Of a stretch of DNA of 6,326 nt, positions 1 through 4,849 are shown piece by piece. How positions within the stretch are numbered: position 1 is the stretch's first letter; each line of letters opens with the position of its first letter. The position numbers and the translations under genes are program-made. Origin of the DNA: Breznakia blatticola (lineage in GTDB: Bacteria; Bacillota_I; Bacilli_A; Erysipelotrichales; Erysipelotrichaceae); assembly GCF_004365815.1 (NCBI RefSeq), contig NZ_SODD01000070.1:1-6326 (forward strand), read 5' to 3'. The notes under the pieces are model-generated. The model was given only the letters and a program-made list of their open reading frames with translations, was not told the origin of the DNA and did no database searches.

Positions 1-141
1 ACCTTCCTTATTTTTATATGGTAATCTTACATTTCAATGTATCATCATACATGTAACAATCTAAGTTAGGTGCGCATCGGTTGAATTAAGCCAAATTATT
101 TTAACTTTTATTATTCTTTTTCACAATTACAGAATATTGAA

Positions 142-178
142 ATAGGGTAGAGGGAAAGTAATTTCTTTCGCCCCTCCC
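142..178 (-). ncRNA. Group II intron domain VI with bulged branch-point adenosine, and the 3' splice site
   Basis: Minus strand reads GGGAGGGGCGAAAGAAAUUACUUUCCCUCUACCCUAU. GGG pairs with CCC, and AGGGG pairs with CCUCU across a single bulged A (complement of T148). The inner helix GAAAG/CUUUC follows. The bulged A is 7 nt from the proposed intron end ...UAU at 142. Confidence 0.7.
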
Positions 179-181
179 GTT

Positions 182-213
182 GCACCGTACGTACGGTTCT
201 TGTATACGACGCT
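182..213 (-). ncRNA. Group II intron domain V (catalytic hairpin, shortened IIC-like form)
   Basis: Minus strand reads AGCGUCGUAUACAAGAACCGUACGUACGGUGC. A 9-bp lower helix forms between GCGUCGUAU and GUACGGUGC. There is a 2-nt AC bulge on the 3' strand, as in canonical DV, and a short upper helix with its loop. The AGC triad sits at the 5' end. The hairpin lies directly upstream of domain VI. Confidence 0.7.
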
Positions 214-232
214 ACATATGTATTAATCACGA

Positions 233-1525
233 CTATCTCAGATAGTACTGAAGAGGATTGACCAACCCTGGTCGATCCTTTTGCTTTACTGCTAGAATTG
301 TTGGATTTAGAATGAAGTTCACCACATCCATTCCACATCTTCGATACCAACCTAACCTTGAGTTTGCAACCTTAAAAATGTCTTCATGTTTGAAACTAAA
401 GCGTTGTACTCGGTTTAATCTTTGTAGATTTATATAGATTCGTTTTGGTATCTTCCATTGCTTTATGATTATGACTCTTATCTTGTGTCGTAACCATCCT
501 CCAAATTCCTCAAGAAACGTTTTCATACTTCCAATGCGAAAGTAGTTTATCCATCCCCTTACGATTTGATTTACTCTAGTAAATGTGATTGCTAATGGTT
601 TTGATGCTGCATGTTTTCTAAGGAGTACTTCCTTTAGTTTTGCATATAGATTTGCTTTCCTATCATTGGTAGGTTTGCATTTCCATTTTGGACCATTTTT
701 GAAAAACGTAAATCCTAGAAATTGACTTCTTGTTGGTCTTACGATTTTCGTTTTCCTTGCGTTCACTTTCAAGAATAACTTTCTTTCTAGCCACGATGTG
801 ATTGACTTCATTACTCTATTTGCTGCCATTTCACTCTTTACGAATATGTTACAGTCATCGGCATATCTTACGAATCGCAAACCTCTTTCTTCCAGTTCCT
901 TATCAAATGCATCTAAATAGATATTTGATAGGACTGGACTTAAAGGACCACCTTGTGGTACTCCTTCGTGGCTTGGACTTGTTAGCCCTTTTTCCATGAT
1001 TCCTGCACGCAAGAATGAACGTATCAAATGTAGTACTTCTTTTTCATTCACTCGCTCTCTAAGTTTTGAGATTAATTTATCATGATTTACTTTGTCAAAA
1101 TACTTTTCAATATCCATGTCTATGACCCATTCGTACCCTTCATTGAGATATTCAAGTACATTCTCCATAGCGTCATGTGCACTTCTTCCTGGACGAAAAC
1201 CGAAACTATGCTCGCTAAAACATGGTTCATAGATTTCACTTAGTTTTTGTGCAACTGCTTGTTGAATAACTCTATCTACTACTGTAGGTATTCCTAATGG
1301 TCTTTGCTTACCATTTGCTTTTGGTATATAGACTCTTCTTACTGGCATCGGCTGATATTTCATCTGTATAACGGATTTGATAATCTCTTTTCCATTTTCA
1401 TTAAAATATCCATCAATTTCACTCACTGTCATCTTGTCGATTCCTGGTGCGCCTTTGTTACTTTTGACTTTCCTGATTGCCTTTTCTACATTTTTGTCAG
1501 TAAACATTTCTTCAATCAATCTCAT
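233..1525 (-). CDS. Group II intron-encoded reverse transcriptase/maturase (RT domains 0-7 plus X/thumb; no HNH endonuclease domain)
   Basis: 430-aa ORF. Motifs seen: NKGAPGIDKMT (RT0/1), RRVYIPKANGKQRPLGIPTVVDRVIQQA (RT2), FGFRPGRSAHDA (RT3), GVPQGGPLSPVLSNIYL (RT4), FVRYADDCNIF (RT5, YADD catalytic box), FLGFTF (RT7), RGWINYF (maturase X motif). The C-terminus has no Cys/His HNH motifs. SD GGAGG (1534..1538) lies 8 nt upstream of the ATG at 1525. Confidence 0.95.
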   Translation of the reverse strand: MRLIEEMFTDKNVEKAIRKVKSNKGAPGIDKMTVSEIDGYFNENGKEIIKSVIQMKYQPMPVRRVYIPKANGKQRPLGIPTVVDRVIQQAVAQKLSEIYEPCFSEHSFGFRPGRSAHDAMENVLEYLNEGYEWVIDMDIEKYFDKVNHDKLISKLRERVNEKEVLHLIRSFLRAGIMEKGLTSPSHEGVPQGGPLSPVLSNIYLDAFDKELEERGLRFVRYADDCNIFVKSEMAANRVMKSITSWLERKLFLKVNARKTKIVRPTRSQFLGFTFFKNGPKWKCKPTNDRKANLYAKLKEVLLRKHAASKPLAITFTRVNQIVRGWINYFRIGSMKTFLEEFGGWLRHKIRVIIIKQWKIPKRIYINLQRLNRVQRFSFKHEDIFKVANSRLGWYRRCGMDVVNFILNPTILAVKQKDRPGLVNPLQYYLR

Positions 1526-2062
1526 TCGCTGTTCCTCCTCTACTTGTAGATATATTCAAAATCATCCCCGTTACCTTTCCAATCAATGATTACGTTTCAC
1601 TGCTCTTTGGTATCCTCATTTTCGGACTATTTGAATATTGCTCATAGTGATTCACACTATACATACATTAGGTCCTTCATTGTCTAGGCTTGATAACTAC
1701 TATGACCTCAGCTGACTTCTTACGGTAAACCTTTTTCGATCGGCCCGTTTAACGATTACTGTATTAAAGCGCTCGTGCTTATCCGTCCGTAAGACCTCCC
1801 AGGGTAAGATACATATCTTTTTCACTTTCACAACCTCTTGATTTACTGTCTTGGTTTACGTTTACCCTTTGGACTTCGGTTTGTTAGGCACCCTCATCCA
1901 CCATTTAGCCTTATATCAAGTTTCTGTTCGTAGGCTCGAAAGACTTGCTACACCACTTCCTTCACCCCGTCGTCACCGACTTCGGCTTGTGGTTCACTAC
2001 GCTTAGCGGTAACACTTGCGGTTGGACTTTCACCAACTAGATATGTACCATGCCTGGCACAC
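1526..2062 (-). ncRNA. Group II intron ribozyme 5' segment (domains I-III and proximal domain IV)
   Basis: About 537 nt of non-coding, relatively GC-richer sequence between the GUGUG 5' end and the IEP start. It contains helices capped by GNRA-type tetraloops, e.g. TTGGTGAAAGTCCAAC. It also contains CCTAA (complement of 1884..1888), which is complementary to the 5'-exon end UUAGG and is a candidate EBS1. Individual domain boundaries were not resolved by eye. Confidence 0.75.
1534..1538 (-). promoter_or_regulatory. Shine-Dalgarno sequence of the intron-encoded protein (within domain IV)
   Basis: GAGGAGGAACAGCGA-ATG on the minus strand. Confidence 0.7.
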
Positions 2063-2068
2063 CCTAAA

Positions 2069-2101
2069 AAAGGAACTTATAAGCGCTACATAAGTTCCTT
2101 T
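2069..2101 (-). terminator. Terminator-like stem-loop that forms the IIC intron insertion-site motif
   Basis: Minus strand reads AAAGGAACUUAU-GUAGCGCUU-AUAAGUUCCUUU, a 12-bp perfect stem with a 9-nt loop. It is followed by UUUAGG and then the intron 5' GUGUG at 2062. Class C introns characteristically home just downstream of such structures. Confidence 0.7.
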
Positions 2102-2167
2102 AATTATCCTAATAATCTAATATCTTAGTGTGTGTGTTTAATAAGGAATGAATAGATTTTAGGGAAT

Positions 2168-2213
2168 GAGAGGGTGAATTATTAAGAATTGCATGCCTTC
2201 TTAAACACCTCTC
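2168..2213. repeat. Imperfect nested inverted repeat (potential ~46-nt RNA/DNA hairpin) in the inter-terminator spacer
   Basis: Plus strand: outer arms GAGAGGGTG (2168..2176) and ACACCTCTC (2205..2213), pairing with a one-base bulge. The inner perfect arms are TTAAGAA (2182..2188) and TTCTTAA (2198..2204). The loop contains the palindrome GCATGC. Confidence 0.5.
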
Positions 2214-2252
2214 AGTAATAGGAGTATTACGCACACAAAAGGTTGGATAAAT

Positions 2253-2276
2253 AAAAAACCTCATTTGAGGTTTTTT
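2253..2276 (-). terminator. Rho-independent terminator of the surface-protein gene (symmetrical A/T flanks, potentially bidirectional)
   Basis: AAAAAACCUC-AAAU-GAGGUUUUUU starts 5 nt after the TAA stop (2282..2284). The CCUC/GAGG core is extended by A6/U6 pairing and a U tract. Confidence 0.7.
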
Positions 2277-2281
2277 ATTGG

Positions 2282-4699
2282 TTATTTACTGTATTTCTTT
2301 CTTCTGAAGAAAATAAATAATGCTGTTAATGATGATAAACCAACAAGAATAAACAATGTTGAAACATTTGTAGAATCTCCAGTTTGTACAACAGCAAATG
2401 TTTCTGTATTTTCTCCAGTAAATACTGGTTCTTTACTTGCTAGATTTGTTGGGGTTTCATTATCTTTTATTGGTGGTTTACTATGTGTTTTTGGTTCAAC
2501 TTTCTCAACATCTTTTTCCCATTTTGCATAAAGTGTTACAGGTTCAGCATATGTTGAAGGAATTGATGTAATTTCGTTTTTGAATTCAGCATCACTATGC
2601 CATCCTTTAAATGTATAACCTATTTTTGTTGGTTCTTTGAATGATTCGACTCCTGTACCAAAGGCATACTCATTTGGATTCGCTTCCGCATTTATTCCTC
2701 CATCTATATTATATTTAATTGGATATTGATTAGGAGTCCATTTTGCAACAAAAGTGATTGTTCTTCCTGCCATTTCATGAATACTTAATCCTTTTTTTTC
2801 TGCATACTCGTACGGCTTCATTGAATCAAAATCCCATAACTCACCATCTGACCATTCCCATCCAACAAATGTATAACCATACTTTGTTGGGCTTGCAACT
2901 TTTGTTACATTTGTAGCTTGATTTATTCTTTGATTAGAAATAGTCGAACTCACTTCACCACCATTTGCGTCAAAATGAACATCAATCAAATATTCCCATT
3001 GATATGTATCTGGAATAGACCCATCATATTGACCCATAAACTCATCAGAAGAACTATATATATTACCTGTAGTTAAACCTACCCATTTTCCTGTAATTGC
3101 ATCACTTGTCAAAACAGCCGAAAGCCAACTATTTTTTTCAATAAATCTTGTTTTCTCATTTAATTTAATTGTATGAAGATTATTATCAGAAAGAAACATG
3201 TAGGACATTTCTTTTGCATTTTTTGTATTAAATCCCGATAAGTCTAAGTGTGTTAAACTATGGCATGCGCTAAACATAGCATACATTTTTTTTACATTTT
3301 CTGTATTAAATCCCGATAAGTCTAGATATGTTAAGCTACTACACTTTTCAAACATAAAGGACATTTCTGTTACATTTTTTGTATTAAATCCTGATAAGTC
3401 TAAGTGTGTTAAACTATTGCATTCGCTAAACATAGCATACATATTTGTTACGTTTTCTGTATTCCATTCAGATACGTTCAAGTTTGTTAAACTATGGCAT
3501 TCGCTAAACATACCAAACATATTTGTTACATTTTCTGTATTCCATTTAGATGTGTCCAAGTTTGTTAAACCACTGCACCCTTTAAACATACAATCCATAT
3601 CTGTTACATTTTCTGTATTAAATCCCGATACATCTAAGTAATTTAAGCTACTGCATCCACTAAACATGCTCCTCATATTTGTTACACTATCTGTATCTAA
3701 CCCCAATACATTTAAGTCCGTTAAACTTCTGCACCCACCAAACATACTTGTCATAGTTGTAACACTTTTTGAATTCCATTCGGATATATCCAAGTTAGTT
3801 AAACCGTTGCACCCATTATACATAAAAGACATATCTGTTACATTTTCTGTATTCCATTCGGATACGTCCAAATTTGTTAAACTTTTGCAATTATGAAACA
3901 TAACATACATATTTGTTACATTTTTTGTATTCCATTTAGATACGTCCAAATTCGTTAAACTATTGCATCCTTGAAACATAGCAGACATATCTGTTACATT
4001 TTTTGTATTCCATTTAGATACGTCCAAATTTGTTAAACTATCGCATCCTTGAAACATAGCAGACATATCTATTACATTTTCTGTATCCCAATTAGATACA
4101 TCTATCAAAGTTAACTTACCACATAGAGAAAACATTCCACTAAGATTTATATTTTCACCATTAAAAGTGAAATGTTCAGCTCCTTCTACAATTTCTAAAG
4201 TATTGTAGTTTCGAAACATGTTATATCCATTTTGGATATTTACAGGACCTTCAACTTTTATCTTTTTTACTTTATTACTATAAATTGAAAAGTTGGAAGG
4301 TGATCCCAAATTCTCACTTCTTGCTTTTAACTCTCCACTCCCTAGCACCAGCTCACCATCATCATACAATACCCAATCAACTCCATGTTTTCCTTTTTTA
4401 GTTATTGTCCGTGTTTCTTCACCAGTTGTTACTGATGTTACAGGTATACTTAACGTTGTTGTAGTAACAGACGTTACAAAAGCAGATTCTTTATCATACT
4501 CTTCTTGTTCTCCATTCTCAGTTACTTCTTCAGAAGTTTCTTCAATTGTTTCTTCTGTTTCTGTAACTTCAACCTCTTCCGTCACTTCTGTAATTTCATC
4601 TGGGTTTTCAACATGTTGTTCTACATTGGTAAACCCTGTCCCAACTAGAAATAAACTACTAATCAAACATATCATAAAATTTCTTTTTGCCTTATTCAT
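2282..4699 (-). CDS. Secreted, probably cell-wall-anchored surface protein with BspA/DUF285-type 26-residue leucine-rich repeats and two Listeria-Bacteroides (Flg_new) repeat domains
   Basis: The long ORF runs 2282..4711. The start at 4699 (MNKAKRNFMICLISSLFLVG...) is preferred because GGAGG (4705..4709) lies 5 nt upstream of it, while the ATG at 4711 overlaps that SD and has none of its own. Order of elements: Sec-type signal peptide, acidic T/E-rich tract, about 13 repeats of consensus MxxMFxxCxSLTxLDVSxWNTxNVTx, then two modules ending GYTFxGW...(I/L)TxxAKW. The C-terminus reads VVQTG, then a hydrophobic segment, then RRKKYSK. Confidence 0.9.
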   Translation of the reverse strand: MNKAKRNFMICLISSLFLVGTGFTNVEQHVENPDEITEVTEEVEVTETEETIEETSEEVTENGEQEEYDKESAFVTSVTTTTLSIPVTSVTTGEETRTITKKGKHGVDWVLYDDGELVLGSGELKARSENLGSPSNFSIYSNKVKKIKVEGPVNIQNGYNMFRNYNTLEIVEGAEHFTFNGENINLSGMFSLCGKLTLIDVSNWDTENVIDMSAMFQGCDSLTNLDVSKWNTKNVTDMSAMFQGCNSLTNLDVSKWNTKNVTNMYVMFHNCKSLTNLDVSEWNTENVTDMSFMYNGCNGLTNLDISEWNSKSVTTMTSMFGGCRSLTDLNVLGLDTDSVTNMRSMFSGCSSLNYLDVSGFNTENVTDMDCMFKGCSGLTNLDTSKWNTENVTNMFGMFSECHSLTNLNVSEWNTENVTNMYAMFSECNSLTHLDLSGFNTKNVTEMSFMFEKCSSLTYLDLSGFNTENVKKMYAMFSACHSLTHLDLSGFNTKNAKEMSYMFLSDNNLHTIKLNEKTRFIEKNSWLSAVLTSDAITGKWVGLTTGNIYSSSDEFMGQYDGSIPDTYQWEYLIDVHFDANGGEVSSTISNQRINQATNVTKVASPTKYGYTFVGWEWSDGELWDFDSMKPYEYAEKKGLSIHEMAGRTITFVAKWTPNQYPIKYNIDGGINAEANPNEYAFGTGVESFKEPTKIGYTFKGWHSDAEFKNEITSIPSTYAEPVTLYAKWEKDVEKVEPKTHSKPPIKDNETPTNLASKEPVFTGENTETFAVVQTGDSTNVSTLFILVGLSSLTALFIFFRRKKYSK
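2285..2392 (-). other. C-terminal cell-wall sorting signal (variant motif VVQTG, hydrophobic helix, basic tail)
   Basis: VVQTG (2378..2392) is followed by DSTNV, then the hydrophobic stretch STLFILVGLSSLTALFIFF, then RRKKYSK and the stop. This is the tripartite architecture of sortase substrates, but the pentapeptide is not LPXTG. Confidence 0.6.
2519..2980 (-). other. Two Listeria-Bacteroides repeat (Flg_new / InlB B-repeat-like) domains
   Basis: First module: VHFDANGGEV...PTKYGYTFVGWEWSDGELWDFD...ITFVAKW. Second module: YPIKYNIDGG...PTKIGYTFKGWHSDAEFKNEI...VTLYAKW. Both match the family signature nGG...GYtFxGWy...itLyAkW. Confidence 0.75.
3161..4147 (-). repeat. Tandem array of about 13 coding repeats of 78 bp (26 aa), DUF285 / 'bacterial surface protein 26-residue repeat' type LRR
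   Basis: The periodicity is visible directly in the DNA, e.g. GCATCC at 3965 and again at 4043. Units 3911..3988 and 3989..4066 are 75/78 identical by manual alignment. The protein consensus is MxxMFxGCxSLTNLDVSxWNTxNVTx. A more degenerate unit may extend the array up to about 4225. Confidence 0.9.
4622..4699 (-). other. N-terminal Sec-type signal peptide of the surface protein
   Basis: MNKAKRNFMICLISSLFLVGTGFTNV has a basic n-region (KAKR) followed by a hydrophobic core. No convincing lipobox: the Cys sits in FMIC context inside the h-region. The cleavage site was not determined. Confidence 0.65.
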
Positions 4700-4704
4700 A
4701 TTTT

Positions 4705-4709
4705 CCTCC
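4705..4709 (-). promoter_or_regulatory. Shine-Dalgarno sequence of the surface-protein gene
   Basis: GGAGG-AAAAT-ATG on the minus strand, with the same 5-nt spacing as at the sigma gene. Confidence 0.6.
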
Positions 4710-4815
4710 ATCTATATTTACACTTTTTCTTTTTCATTTATTCAATTTCCTTTTACTAGATTTACGTAATCCTCTGCATATTACACCTCCACACACATGT
4801 CTATGTTCACCAAAA

Positions 4816-4831
4816 GGAGTTATTTTACTCC
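4816..4831 (-). terminator. Weak hairpin downstream of the sigma-fusion gene (possible leaky terminator)
   Basis: Minus strand reads GGAGU-AAAAUA-ACUCC followed by UUUUGG. The stem is only 5 bp. It is flanked by a direct repeat CCTTTTGG (complements of 4830..4837 and 4810..4817). It is too weak to call a strong terminator, so read-through into the surface-protein gene is plausible. Confidence 0.3.
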
Positions 4832-4849
4832 AAAAGGTTTGATAGTTTC

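Larger units (their letters stand above)
142..2062 (-). mobile_element. Complete bacterial class C (IIC) group II intron (ribozyme plus intron-encoded RT/maturase), about 1921 nt
   Basis: The minus strand starts GTGTGCCAGGCATGG at 2062 (GUGYG group II 5' consensus). From memory this is close to the Oceanobacillus iheyensis IIC intron 5' end. The element ends ...CTCTACCCTAT at 142, with a bulged A 7 nt from the end. The RT/maturase ORF lies in the domain IV position. Domains V and VI sit right after the ORF stop. The element is located 6 nt after a terminator-like hairpin. The small RNA size and En-less IEP are typical of class C. Confidence 0.85.

Noticed and set aside
1-141. The 3' exon flank shows AAGGAAGG at the window edge (complement of 2..9), an upstream TATAAA, and a small palindrome ATGTAT-CATC-ATACAT (37..52).
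   Set aside because: These could be the promoter and SD of a minus-strand gene lying beyond the window. That gene is not visible, so nothing can be supported.
111-350. 79-aa minus-strand ORF overlapping the end of the RT gene and the intron 3' end.
   Set aside because: It overlaps the RT CDS out of frame and runs through intron domains V and VI and the 3' splice site. It has no SD and no recognisable motifs, so it is most likely spurious.
233-1525. The reverse transcriptase might belong to a retron, a DGR or a defence-associated RT (DRT/Abi/UG) system.
   Set aside because: The protein has the full group II signature, including the maturase X motif RGWINYF. It is embedded in a ribozyme with GUGUG, domain V and domain VI. 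No msr/msd-like inverted repeats, no TR/VR repeat pair and no adjacent effector gene are present.
2230-2236. GTGTGCG on the minus strand about 17 nt after the first terminator could be the 5' end of a second, truncated IIC intron.
   Set aside because: Beyond the heptamer, the downstream sequence does not align with the bona fide intron 5' region (GTGTGCCAGGCATGGTAC...). No domain V/VI-like sequence follows. A GUGYG match alone is expected by chance. This remains only a remote possibility.
2792-2799. Homopolymeric T8 tracts at 2792..2799 and 3286..3293 (A8 on the coding strand) could act as slipped-strand phase-variation switches in the surface-protein gene.
   Set aside because: Eight A/T residues encoding Lys-Lys are common in AT-rich genomes and shorter than typical contingency-locus tracts. 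There is no evidence of frameshift here.
3161-4147. Regular ~78-bp periodic repeats could be mistaken for a CRISPR array or a non-coding satellite.
   Set aside because: The repeats are contiguous with no unique spacers and lie in one uninterrupted 800+ codon frame. They translate to a well-known 26-residue LRR consensus. No cas genes or leader sequence are present.
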